64,000 nt of DNA from Lepidodermella squamata (taxonomy: Eukaryota; Animalia; Gastrotricha). A program made the position numbers and the translations under genes. The notes under the pieces were generated by a model that had not been told where the DNA came from, ran no database searches, and worked only from the letters and a program-made list of their open reading frames with translations. Of this stretch, positions 23,912 through 36,244 are shown piece by piece; position 1 is the stretch's first letter, and each line of letters opens with the position of its first letter. The stretch covers positions 1,905,462 to 1,969,461 of the forward strand of contig JBLDXI010000028.1 of the NCBI GenBank assembly GCA_047495785.1. Reading direction: 5' to 3'.

Positions 23912-26900
23912 ATGGTGAACGACACATCGAATAGTGCCATTCTTGAAGTTGTTCCCCTTCACTTTGATTATAAACGAGTTTTCTCATTATTCATTTATAT
24001 CAGGCTCTGTGTTGCGCTGTTTGTCTCGAATTATCCTCTGATGCAAAGGTTTTGACAAATTGCGGTCATTCTATTTGCGCTGAATGTCTTGCCAAAATTC
24101 TCGACAAGTCGAAAAAATCGGCAATTTGTCCGGAGTGCAGAAAAGAGACTAAAATCCCATCGTCTGGTTTGTGTACAAATTACGCCGTGAAACGAGTTGC
24201 CGAGGTTTGCAATGAAGCGAAATCGAAGCACGCAAAGTGGTCGAAACCGGGCGAAAAATGTAATCATGCTCACTTTGTGGCGAGAAATGATATGACGATA
24301 TGTCCCCATTGTGAAGAAAGCTACTGTTCGTTATGTTACTTGCTTCACATTGAGTGCGTCAAACTCGAAGCTTTATTTTCGTGTCACAAGGTGATCCGAA
24401 ATTTACAATCTGAAACGCCCTGTGATATTTCTCTGTTTTTCAGATTCGCGAGAAATTTGAGTGTAACACTGCTGAGGTTGACAAACAAGCTGATTTGATT
24501 CGCCATAAAATTGACGAAAACGCTGATTCGGTCAAAAGTTCGATAAAATCATCCGGCGAAGCCTTGGTGGAATGGTTCAAGAATGTGATTGATAATCGAT
24601 GCGACGAACTGATTGCTAAAGTTGAAGGAATGCGGGGTCGCTTACATGAACGTTTCAACGATGTCATGTCGAAAGACTGGATGAGCAAGTTGGACGAGGT
24701 GGAAACTCTGGCGTCAACACTCGTAAGCTCGTCGCCGTTGTGCCAGTCCCCTGAAGATGTTATATCATTGCATTTTCTAGCTAAAGAGCAGAGATGCAAG
24801 GTTAGCACTTATCAATGTAAAATCTAATATCAACGGGTTTTTTCAGTTGGGCGAATTCTTAAACATCGGGAAATGCGATGCAGCTCTGTCGAGAATCTCT
24901 TTTGCTTTCGAGAATCAATCCATCATTGAGCGTTCAACTACTGTCATTTCGGAAAGCACGAGTGTTACTGCGGAAACTGACAAGTTCAAGGATATCGGTT
25001 CTGAGGTATTGTTTTACTTTATACGGCTTAATTGCGGTGCGACCTGAGAGAGTTAGGAGTTAGGAAATCAGAATGGAGATGAACCGATCGTGCAATCGGG
25101 AATCACAGTTCGTGGTTTTTGGAGTCGAGGCCGTGTCGGTTCAGCGTAGTAGTGGTTCGTAGTTTACATTAGACATTACGACTTGCAGAAATTTACGTTC
25201 ATTCTGTTGATTTGTTTGTTATCACTAGAGAAACGAAAACAGTCGATATTGCGAAGATACATCGATTGTCAGAGTAGTGAAACGCAACAATTTTGAGGTA
25301 AGAATACGACCCAACACATGCTCCAGCTCGAGATAGCTCGGCTGCAGCCTTTCTAGGCACCCCGGCTTCATGGCATAGGCAATGTCTACTACACTTCTCG
25401 TAAGCCACGGGCCCGACCGACGGCAAAATTCTAGAGGCGATCATCTAGAGGCGATCATGATTACGATACTACGTCAAATGTGCTATTGAAGTTCAGGGCT
25501 ATAGTGACTAGCTTCCAGTGTCGTGACGGAAAGGGCTATGACCACGTCGTTGACCAGACGGAATGGGGTATCTGTGGCGCTTTTGCCTCGCCAAAATCCG
25601 AACTGGTGGCTGGATGGCAAGTTTCTATTAACTATTAACTTATAATCCCGATCTTCCAAGTCTTTGGTACATAGTACATAGCCGCAATTCAGGCTCTGTT
25701 CATAAGGCGTAAGTGAGAGGCTTGGACCACCATTTTAATCACATTGTTTGATATTTCTTCATGACCGAGAGCATTGAATTATTATAGCTTTTTAAACAAT
25801 TCTTTCATTGAAGATTTCGAGATTCAGCTTTTCTGGCATGCATATTGGCTGTGCGGCTGGGTTAGACTCGATCCCATCCTCTATCGCACGCCAGAAATCG
25901 TGATCTGAGCTGAATGCTGATGTCACAACAGGAGTTGAGACTGCTTTGGCGAATGTCTTGGCAATGAGTTCAGCTTTTGCCTTGCCGTCGGTGATGGATT
26001 TGCCTTTTGCGGTCTTGTCTTGCGGCCAACAACTGCGTTTGCACCTCGTGTTTTTTCAGTAGATTCATTAGATCAGACCCATGCCGGTTTTGCTGTTGAA
26101 GTTTTCTGTCATAGCTCGGAGGCAGAGCTCACAGTCATTGCAATTTTCTTCGCGACCAGATTTTCTATTTGCTTTGAGATGGCGGCATTCAGGGTGGTTT
26201 TAATATAAGCTTTTTCCGTATGTGGATGAAGGCGCTGCAGCTTGTTTCTTTGTTGCAGCGCTGTAGCAATCGGTGTTGTCAATTTCCAACTTTGTATCTC
26301 CCTTGCCATATGCCGTTTTATCGCTCCAACGATAACTTCCAGGTAGCGGAACCTTTCCTACCAACAGCGCGCCAGGGTGAGCGCACTAAACCACAACTTG
26401 TTCAGCCGCTTTATGAAGCTGAACGCGTTTCTCAAATGTATTACTTCGGCGACGACTATTGCCTGCAAATCGTCCATTTGCTCATCGGTTAGTTGTTGTT
26501 GGCCAGTATTTAAAGATACGCTGGTACAAAGGAACGATAGCGTGTAGATCAATGAGATTCCTCGAGGCTTCAACCTTCACAGCCGGGTGCTCCTGAGCGC
26601 CTTTTGCGCGCAAACCACGACATAGGCAGGCGAGGGGTGATCCCGCAGATCAGCAACAGCGTAGATGAGCACCCGATAGCCGATAGCCGGGGCGATGAGC
26701 ACGGTAGTCAGACCCCTTGAAAGCATATATGTTGTCGATTTGTTGAGCGAAATTGAAGTTTCGATATTCCTAATTTAATTTTTCTCAACGTTTTCCTAAT
26801 CTAGACTGATCCATACCACGAATTTCACGCAGCCGCTTCCCGTGGAGAAATCGAAGCCCTCAAGGACGTCATTGGCCGAATTCCGAAAAACTTTGTCAAA

Positions 26901-28148
26901 TTGGTCATTGAACACCGCGACAAACGAGATTCCGAACGAACCCCTCTGCTTCAGGCTGCTGCTTCTGGTTCGCTTGAAGCAATTAACTACCTTCTGGCGC
27001 TTGGTGCCGACCCATTAGCTATTGATTCGAACCAAAGGGCGACCTCTCATATCGCAGCTAAGCACGGTCGTTTAGACGTGATGAAAGTTGCTCTTGAGAA
27101 GAAGCCGGAGTTGATGGAACAAACAGATCACCACGGATCAAATTGCCTTCATGATGCCGCTCTGGCGGGGCAATTAGATGTAGTCAAGTATTTGGTCGAG
27201 GATTGTTCTTTTGACTTGAACGCAAGAGACAGTGGGGTTGCTGCGCAAACTGCTGCTCATTTGGCTTGCAGTAGTGGCAATCTTGAAGTCGTCAAATACC
27301 TAATTGATAAAGGTGCCGATTTTAAAATAGCTGACTTGGAAAAAGAGCGTACGCCAATAGCCGTGGCATGCTCGACGGGAAAGTCGGAAATAGTTAAATT
27401 TTTGCTTAATCATTCGCCAGATGCCGCATTGCAACGAGATAAGTTCGGCCAGTCGTTGCTATCTCTCGCTGCTGACAACGGTCATGTTGAAATTGTTCAG
27501 AAACTATGCGAGACATTTCCAGATTTGCTCGAAGTCGTTAATGGTGAGGGTGTCACCCCTCTCCTGATAGCGGCTGAAAGCGGGCATTTGGATGTAGTTA
27601 AGTTGTTGCTCGAGCGTGGGGCTGATTTAAAAGCTAGAGATTCTAACGGGGAAACCCTAATTCACCATTGCGCATGGTCTGGAAATCTTGAACTGTTGAA
27701 GTATGCCATGGATCTCTACCCTGAAAGCGAAAAAGTTGTCGATGATTTTCTGTGGACCCCACTCCACTCAGCAGCGGCGGGTCTGAAAGGGACTGACTGT
27801 GTCGATTATTTGCTTCAAAAAACTTGGCATATGATCGAATCATGCACGTCTGACCATCTGACACCACTTCTTGTGTCATCGAGAACTGACAACTTGAATA
27901 TTTTCAAATATCTACTGTCGAAAGGTGCTAGTCTTTGGGCGACGGCCGACAATGGTGACAATGTTCTCGGCGTGGCACTGAGGGATAAATCTTTCTCTGT
28001 CGTGTCACATTTACTTGACCTGCCCGAATCTAAATTCTTGGTTACGCATCGGAACAAAAACAAAGAGACTATCAATCAAATCGCTAAGGAAGTTTTCTGT
28101 TTGCCCGAAGAACTTATCCGTAAAATCTCACAACTTACATCAGCTTGA
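23912..28148 (+). CDS. TRIM-like RING/B-box/coiled-coil/ankyrin gene 7 (subfamily C)
   Basis: Close paralog of gene 6 (MVNDTS start). Long intron 25006-26804. Ankyrin exon 26805-28148. Confidence 0.88.
25200..26500 (-). mobile_element. Degenerate non-LTR retrotransposon (LINE) RT relic inside the gene 7 intron
   Basis: Minus-strand fragments in correct RT order: KAKAELIAKTF, SHQFGFWRGKSATD (~25575-25612), EAGVP (~25360), FHYSDNRCIFA (degenerate YADD, ~25250-25285). Many stops. Confidence 0.7.
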
Positions 28149-28270
28149 GCAGTTTTTGAATAACGCGCAACATCCAAGCTCTTGTAAAGATATTGCTTGC
28201 ATGCTGAAGTTAAATAAATTGTTCTCTGGCTAATTTTTGTTTGTCTTGTAGTACCTTAAATCTATTTACA

Positions 28271-31083
28271 ATGGCTGGAAGCTCAAAGTCTATCAGGGCT
28301 TCAATTCTTGAGGTTTAATTTATTGAAACGCCGTAAATTCCACGTAACTTGAATTTCTTAGGCTTTAAGCTGTGCCGTCTGCTTGGAGCTTTGCCCAGAA
28401 GCTAAAATTCTAAACGAATGCGGCCATTCGATTTGCGCCGCTTGTCTCTCAAAGCTGAATGAGGGCAACGATAGAACGACGATCTCGTGCCCTGAATGCA
28501 GAACTGTGACAACTCTGCCGAAAAATGGCCTCGCAGCCGTGCGTACAAATTACGCTGTGAAAAGAGCGGTCGAAGCTTTGAAAAGCGACGATATGATGGA
28601 TTCGAAGAAGAAAAAGCTGGGCGAAGGTTGTCGTCATTTGACATTTGTGGGGAAAGACGAAGTCACGCAATGCAATCACTGTGATGGTAACTTCTGCTCA
28701 ATGTGCTATCGTTTTCACCTGGAAAGGATACGACTCGAGGCCAGATTTGCCAGCCATAATGTGAATACCTTTTTCGACCTAAAAAGGGAAAAAATTGGTT
28801 TCAACGTATAACGGCATTTGTATTTATTAGCTCCGTGAATCATTCGACTCATCGATCTCCCGCATCAGTAATCAGGCTGACACCATTCGAGCTGATATCG
28901 AAAAGGACGCTCGTGAAATCAACGAGAAAATCGAAACCAACTGCAAAGAGCTTTTGGATGCCTTGCAAAAGGCCGTTGCGCAGCGGGCTCAGCAGCTTAA
29001 AGAAAAAACCTCTGAACTCAAAGCAAAACAGCTTGAGATGTTGAAGAAAGTTGTTTCCACTAAATCTTTGGATGGGTTGGATGAAATTAATAAGTTGTCT
29101 TCTGACTGCGATGGTGCCTCTCTCCTATTCGCGTCGGACAGTAATGTTTTAAAATTCCATGACTTATCGAGGAAGGCACGGATCAAGGTTTGAAACTGAA
29201 CGGAATTTAGGAAGATTGAAAATGCAATATGTATGTCATGTTTTGAAATGTATAGTACGATGAGTTGCTGCAGTTCGAAGTCGGAAAATCTGAATTTTCT
29301 AAGATCGAGCTGACGTGGACTGACAAGTCTCTTACCGTCGAATTTACCGATATGCTTCAGAAGGTGACTGACGTCAGTTTTACCAAGTCTTCTGCGCCTG
29401 AAGAAGCCCATTTAAAGGTAAAATTGATTACCTATGAGATTCCGTTTTCTTCACTGCAGTGTTCCGAGAACGGGGGGTAAAAGGGGGGGGGGGGGGGGTA
29501 AAAAACGAACCCCCCTGGCGTCAGAAAATTTCTGTAAAACGTAAGGGTTCCCCCTGTTGATTTGCAAATTTTGGGCTCAAAATGCTCGAGTTACCTCCCT
29601 CAGAGCTGGACCTAGTCGGATCACTGCTTCACTGTCACATTTCTAATTGCATTTCAGAATTCTGAGTACCACAAAATGCATGACGCTGCTAAAATGTCTT
29701 CGTGCCTGTGTCTCGAACTGCTTTTCGATCAAATTCCAAAAGGTTGCGAACCGCTTGTCATCGAGCATCAAGATGAACGAGATAGCAAAAGAACGCTTTT
29801 GCTGCAAGCTGCAGAATCTGGTTCGCTGAGCAAAATCAACTATCTGCTGTCCAAATCTGGAATCGATATTTTAGCAACTGATTCCGATGGGAAGACAGCA
29901 GCGCATATCGCTTCGAATGGTGGTCATCTTGAAGTCCTGAAAATCTTGCTGACACGCGAGCCAACTTTAAAGAACGTCCGTGAAAGTAACGGGCTAACTT
30001 TGCTGCACGAAGCTGCGAAGAATGGCCGCTTAAATGTCGTAAAGTTCATTGTTGAAAATGAAAACGCTGACCTTGAAGCTGTAGATAGTGACGAGAACGG
30101 CAATACCGCTGCATGTTTAGCCGCGATTCAAGGCGACTGTGATGTTGTGAAATATTTGCTAGAGCGGAATGCTAACTTTTCCCACCGGTCTGCTTGTGGC
30201 GTTTTGCCTGTAATGCACGCTGTATCAAATGATAAATTGGACGTGGTGAAGTTTCTGTTGAAGAAGAATCCTGATTTTCTAAACCAGGTCGACTTTGACG
30301 GCCAGTCGCTTCTCCACCATGCAGTCGAAAGTCTTAAAGTCGATACCTTGAAGTAAGTTAATCCAGCTTATAACGATACCTTCCTACTGCGCATTTCGCA
30401 TATTACGCCATTGTTTACTTCTTGATTATTTCAGGTGGCTTCTCAAGAAACGTCTTGAAATGGAGCGCAAAGACAACTGCGGTGAAACCGCTCTGTTACA
30501 AGCCGCTAGATACGGATATTTCGAATCCGCTAAAATTCTAATTGAGCGCGGTGCTGACGTTCATTCCGAAACATCCGAGATGGAAAAATTCTACCACGTT
30601 TGCGCTCAGTCTGGAAATGGCGACTTGATGAAATTGGCCTTGGAACTATTTCCTGGCTGTGAGTTGCTACCGGATGGTTATGGGTTCACGACTCTTCACT
30701 GCGCTGCTTTTGGATGTGAATCCTCTATTGATTGCTTGAAAGTCCTACTCGACCGTGTCAGCCACGCTATTGAAATTCCAACTGAGCCCGATAAGTTGAC
30801 CCCTCTTTTGCTAGTTGCGCGGAACGGTCACATTGAAGCTTTCAAATATTTGCTCGAAAAAGGCGCTAGCGTGAAAGCGCTGAGTAACGAAGGCGAAAAC
30901 GTGTTACATTTAGCAGTGATTGATAAACGTTACGACATGATGTCATATTTGACCGAGCGTCCTGAAGCCGCTTTCTTCATCAACCAGGCTGATAAGGATG
31001 GTGTTACGCCGTTTCAGATGGCCAGCAGAGATGACGCCCTTCCTTCGAAAATTCGAAGTAACATGCAGAAATGGGTTTTATAG
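28271..31083 (+). CDS. TRIM-like RING/B-box/coiled-coil/ankyrin gene 8 (subfamily B)
   Basis: MAGSSKSIRASILE|gt. RING CAVC...CGHSICAAC...CPEC, B-box-like region, coiled coil, ankyrin exons ~29659-30352 and 30435-31083. Confidence 0.88.
29457..29626. mobile_element. hAT-type MITE in a gene 8 intron
   Basis: TIRs CAGTGTTCCGA / TCGGATCACTG. Perfect 8-bp TSD CTTCACTG at 29449-29456 and 29627-29634. Confidence 0.85.
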
Positions 31084-31930
31084 GATCGACTCTGTTTGCA
31101 TGCTTCCATGTTCTGGAACTTGTTTTAGCTGTGTTTTATATCAGATCATTTATTGAAGTACATTTCTGACCAACAGTTTCCTAGTTTGAAAGCAAATTTT
31201 GATTGTTACCTCCAGTCTCAGGCTGTTGTCTATTCATGTCTCGTCGATTGTACAACGATTTAACCAGCGACTGACGATTTTGTTTATCGAATTACTAACT
31301 CCGTTTTAAACTGTTGCAGCTTCATTTCGTGACATTCTTGAAAATAAAAGTTCAGTAGCTGTTGAAAATCTGGTCTAGACTTTGCATGCGAGTTTCTAGC
31401 CTCCCACTGAAAAATTCCTCATCGCGACATAATTTCATCTCCGAAGGCGGTGAAACGGAGTGAAAATAGCCAACCAACCAGGGAAATCGATGCAAGTATG
31501 ACCCGACCAACATTACTTTTCCGTTCGGTAATTCAAAATTTACTCGGCTGCCAAGTTCGATACATACAATTGACCTCAAATGGGTCATTAGGACTTTATC
31601 GGATTCGGATTTGATAGGATTAGATTTTTAAAGTGGACAGTGCTGAATTCGATACGAAGAATGCGTGGCAGTCACCGCCCACTTTCCAATTAGTTAGTAA
31701 TGCATGACTGCTTTTTCCTTTGACAGCCATAAGAATTAACATAAAGACACAGGTGATTTCGGAAATCAATTTGGTACGGTATATGATGAAAGCTTCCGCT
31801 TTTGCTGAAATTTAATACCTTGCTTGGTAAACAAGTATATAGGTCGTAAAGTTGATTCGATTTAGCTCATTCACGTTTCAATAGGACAGATCGCGTACAA
31901 TTCAAACAATTCATTTTACTGCGTTTTCAA

Positions 31931-34246
31931 ATGGCTCGCATGTTTCAAAGTTTCTTCGTTTTGGTGATGGCTTTATGGAGTGACCGTCCAATTCTCGCTC
32001 AGGATGACAACTCTACCGTTTACCTTACAATGCTGGCATTACTGCCTAGAAGTAACGCGACTAATTCGGCTCCATCATCAGCCTGTGAAGCCGCTGTACA
32101 GTTCGTTATTGATGTGGTGAATCCTCGAAAAGATATTCTTGGAAATTATGTTTTCCAAGTGCAAAGCGAGGATGAGGGAATTGGTGCAGATAAAGCTAAT
32201 GCAGCAGCTATTGATTTCTATCGAAAGCAGGAGGAGAGTCCGAACAGTATTATGGCTCCGCTTGTGTTTGGCCCATCAGGTTCGTGTAATAATGTTGCAT
32301 TGACATTAAAACATCTTCAGCTCACTGAATACTCACCCCGTTGCAGTGGTCCACCTCTCTTTAGAAGATCGCAGCTTTACTCGTCCTTGTTCACGGTGTC
32401 AACAGCTACCGATGCAAACGTAATAGCTGGGTTAGCTTTTCTCAAATTAATCGGAAATTGGAGAGAAATAGCGATTTTGACTAACGCCAACAACTCTAAC
32501 GAATACCTTGTAGCGGAAAGAATGAATGAAATTGCTTCTGCGAACGACATATCCGTTCTTCACTACGACAGCGTCTATGACATTGATTTAGAAGTCGCGA
32601 ACGAGTTGAAACCCAGTGATGCAAGAATAATTGTCTTATCCTTGTCCTCTGGAGCGACTTGTTTGAAGTTCTTATGCCTGTCTCACGTTGTCGGAATGCG
32701 CGCGCCCTACTATGCTTTCATCAATTTGCTATGGTGCGCTTTCGAAATCGATCAGCCAGACCCTGCCCTACCTGCAGGATGTACTATGTCAATGGTTATG
32801 GAGCAGCTAGAGATATACTTCTTCACAGGGTCGCTTCCTTTTCCGGTAAATAAGTCTACCGGCCGAACGAGTCTAGGCTACTCCGTAGCAGAATTCGACG
32901 CCTACATGACATCTTATACTAATAGCACAGATTTTTCCACACGATACCTATGTCATGACGCGATTTTGACAGCAATTATGAACGCTGATAAAGCAGACAG
33001 GATTCTGCGATCGAATTACAACGAAAGCCTAGCTAGTTTTAAAAAGGATCCTGAACTTGTTGCGGATGTTGTACGAGCCGTATCTGAAAACACTGATATT
33101 AACGGACTCAGGCTGGGCAGACTTGCCTTTAGCAAACTCGGAGATGTATTTGGGGATGACTTGTGGATTGTTCAAATGCGGAAGGGAAAGCCCGATCTTC
33201 TTGCGAAACTTGTCAAGAAAAATAGGGCAATTTTCAATCTGAGCAGCTACGAATTCACAATTATGAAAAAGCCCTACTGGCCCGGTAACAGTGCGCCGAA
33301 AGATTTGTCAGATGAACTCAATATAACTGCATTTTGTGACCGGGAAGAAGTTTTTCCAATCATTTCAGCCATCATCTCTATCGCTCAGTGCTACGCTACC
33401 ATCATTGCGTTAAAACGAAATGGTCAATCTGGGATTTTCAGAAAAATGAATGTAGTGATACTTCTATTGCTCTGTCTCTTTATGAACTCCGTTGCAATGC
33501 TGATCGTAATTGGAGCTACCTGGTTTCTTGATTTCGAATGTTCGATTCGCAATTTGGTTTTCAACTTTGCCATGTCCTTGCCGAATGCTTTTGTTTTCCT
33601 GCACGCTGTTTGGTTCTTTTCAGCAGTCAAAAAAGTTCCAATTAGAAATGCATCATCTCGGTTATATGCTATCGTCAACGTGCAGGGAGTCTTCAATGAG
33701 AAAAAGAAGCGCAAGGAAGAATCCGAAAGTCAAGCGTTTTTCTTATCAATCGAAAGCCTTGGCAAAATACTTGTTCGGAAGTACCTTGCCATAGCGATCA
33801 GCTACTGCTTTGGGCAGCTCGTCATTTTGGTGGTATATTCAGTCATTTACACATCTCGACACTCCATAACAACGTCAAAGCCTGTTTTCGATTCAAGTTT
33901 GAACTCCTACGTCGATTATATCGACCATATTTGTGTCACTCCACATGTGACCCAAATGCAAAGTTTGGTGTTTTCGATTGATTTCCTTCTTATGATCGCT
34001 TCGTTGTTCATTTGCAACCGATTAAGGAAAGTCAAAGAAACTTCTGCAATTCTACAACGCGAGTTGAAATCAGTGATCCTCGCCGCTCTTAATCAAGCTG
34101 TGCTTCTAATGGCGCTTGTCCTGGTTCTAGTTATCATGTCCAATGTAGCCCGAGATTGCGGAAAAATACTGTTGTTGGCGATGGGACTGGTGTTCTACTC
34201 ATCTTCTACTTTCGCCATTTTCTTATATCAAAAGATGAGGGAGTAA
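31931..34246 (+). CDS. Intronless class C GPCR-like receptor (Venus-flytrap/ANF-receptor domain plus 7TM, GABA-B-like architecture)
   Basis: 771 aa with a signal peptide. VNPRKDILGNY, PLVFGP, WREIAIL, DARIIVL and YLCHDAIL motifs of periplasmic-binding type 1 domains. WPGNSAPKD linker followed by about seven hydrophobic helices. No Cys-rich domain. Confidence 0.8.
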   Translation: MARMFQSFFVLVMALWSDRPILAQDDNSTVYLTMLALLPRSNATNSAPSSACEAAVQFVIDVVNPRKDILGNYVFQVQSEDEGIGADKANAAAIDFYRKQEESPNSIMAPLVFGPSGSCNNVALTLKHLQLTEYSPRCSGPPLFRRSQLYSSLFTVSTATDANVIAGLAFLKLIGNWREIAILTNANNSNEYLVAERMNEIASANDISVLHYDSVYDIDLEVANELKPSDARIIVLSLSSGATCLKFLCLSHVVGMRAPYYAFINLLWCAFEIDQPDPALPAGCTMSMVMEQLEIYFFTGSLPFPVNKSTGRTSLGYSVAEFDAYMTSYTNSTDFSTRYLCHDAILTAIMNADKADRILRSNYNESLASFKKDPELVADVVRAVSENTDINGLRLGRLAFSKLGDVFGDDLWIVQMRKGKPDLLAKLVKKNRAIFNLSSYEFTIMKKPYWPGNSAPKDLSDELNITAFCDREEVFPIISAIISIAQCYATIIALKRNGQSGIFRKMNVVILLLLCLFMNSVAMLIVIGATWFLDFECSIRNLVFNFAMSLPNAFVFLHAVWFFSAVKKVPIRNASSRLYAIVNVQGVFNEKKKRKEESESQAFFLSIESLGKILVRKYLAIAISYCFGQLVILVVYSVIYTSRHSITTSKPVFDSSLNSYVDYIDHICVTPHVTQMQSLVFSIDFLLMIASLFICNRLRKVKETSAILQRELKSVILAALNQAVLLMALVLVLVIMSNVARDCGKILLLAMGLVFYSSSTFAIFLYQKMRE

Positions 34247-35272
34247 ATAATTTCCTGAAAACATTTCCTTGCAAACATCTCGCATCTCAAAGATCGGAAA
34301 TCATTACATTTTGAGTTGAACAATTGATAGGTAATATTCAATGTTATATTTCTGCTTTTTTATATGGTGAGTCGAATGGACATACATGCCGTGTCAAATG
34401 TTTCAAAACTTCAAACATTTTTTGTTCAAGCAATAAAATATCACCCAATGCACAGCATTTTTCTCAAAATTTACATGAACTCGGCTCTCAACCGCAATTT
34501 CAGACCGTTTTCAGTGGAATAAAATTGGATACGAGCGAAGCGATTTAGCCAACGCTTTTTTTTTAAGATTTTCCCTGGAAGAGTGACTAAAAATAAACCA
34601 AATTTTCGCAATTTTCAAGTTTATGAAAACCATCAGGCGACCCCCGCGACCCCCGGCTGACTCGGCGACCCACGGAATAAGGGCGCGCGATCCCTTCATG
34701 ATCGAGAAACCGAGTAGAATTCGAGTTATTGCTGGTCCTGATTCCATAGATTACTCATAGATAGATCATAGATCATGTTTCTCTCGAATTTATCGACACG
34801 GACAATCGACACGGACTATATATGCTTGAATCGAACTCGATTCATGTCGAGACTTGAAACAAAGAAGCATCGATGTCACACGAGGGTTCTTTATTGTGAT
34901 ACCGCCGTCACTTGCATTTTATCAAATACACAGTTCACAGTTCATATCACTTCTTATACAACTTCAAGACGGTGACAATATTATAATCAACGGAGAGGAG
35001 CGTGAAGAAGTCGCTACATCAAAGTTGTTGGCTAGTTTTCGAATTCGCAGTTTAGTAGCTATACGCAAGTACTAAAATGCAAGCAACCTAGTGCGTCGAG
35101 TCTAAAATTATACAATTTTTCGCTTCAATTTCAACCGGCTGTTAAGTGAAATAAAACAACGACGACAGCCTGCAATTAATTAGTTAATTAATTAGAACTA
35201 TATTTTACGCGGGTTTCTTATATTTTCAATTGTGATTTATTGGTTTCGGTGGGTTATGAAGAAGCCGGTGAT

Positions 35273-35433
35273 TTAGTGGATGTCGTGCACTTCCGGGCAG
35301 GCAAGCTCGGGCTTGTGGTAGACGAGCTCCTCGAGGGTCGGGATGCCGAGTTCATCCATGGTCGGCTTCAGCTCCTGCATCATGAACGGCCAGATCTCCT
35401 TCGCCTTCGGGCCGGCCTTGAAGCGGATCACTG
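35273..35433 (-). pseudogene. COX5A: Isolated terminal exon of cytochrome c oxidase subunit 5A
   Basis: Minus strand [52 protein letters not shown], matching the COX5A C-terminus. Preceded by a CAG acceptor, AATAAA downstream. No upstream COX5A exons seen. Confidence 0.75.
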
Positions 35434-36244
35434 CTGTTCCGTCGAAAATAATGGACGCAAAAAATGGAAATTAAGGAATGCTTGCCGGTGTTGAGGGCTG
35501 CATAGAGATTAGATTATAGGGTTGAATAGGGTTGAATCATAGAAAAAAATGACTTTTTTCGCTATGGGTTGAATATCTCCGGAATGGTAGCTAATAAGCG
35601 AACGGGGTTTAGCTTGTTGGAATCGTAATAAATTTCCGAATGAAACTGTCGTATCTTATAAGGCAATTTCTCCCAATAGCCGATTGAGATATCCCAATGA
35701 GCAATCCGAATTGTTCCCAACGTCATTTTCAGTTATTTTACTCAGTTTTAAAATTTGGAAATCAAGCAAGATTGCAGAATATAGCCCTTCGCCTATCTAG
35801 CAGAGCCCATTTTCCCTAATAATTTGTTCCGTAACTGCGTGTTTTATGAGTTTTTAAAAAGCTAGCGTATTTTCACTGTAACAGTCTTCTGGCCTTCTAT
35901 TTCCATTCAAACTCGTGATTAATCTATTAGCAGAAAAATCGATAGGGCTACTCGGGCTCTTTAATATGTGATAGATTATAATTCAATAACCTGAAGGCTG
36001 ATGAAAACAACAGGAAGAAAGCAGCTTTCGGATTGCTCATTGAGCTATCTCTATCGGCAATTATACGATACAACAAAACCATTATCATCTTGAAAATGAA
36101 GAGATAGTTCCCGAAAACCACCGCGTAGGAGAAAAACTAAAAAATACAAACTTGATATTAAAAAACTCGAAGAATTTTTTCCGAAAACTTTTGTAGTAAG
36201 TTTCCTCTCTGGTTAATCTTCTGGTTAATCTGTTGTCAATTTAC

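Noticed and set aside
434-29411. Many antisense ORFs repeated across paralogs (e.g. 4153-4359, 6369-6614, 9140-9412, 27815-28075)
   Set aside because: They are shadows of the sense coding exons; their recurrence follows from paralogy.
1-31083. Bacterial/endosymbiont ankyrin effector cluster or prokaryotic defence island
   Set aside because: The genes have conserved GT-AG introns, poly(A) signals and eukaryotic RING/B-box exons.
35240-35494. 84-aa plus-strand ORF
   Set aside because: Antisense shadow of the COX5A exon.
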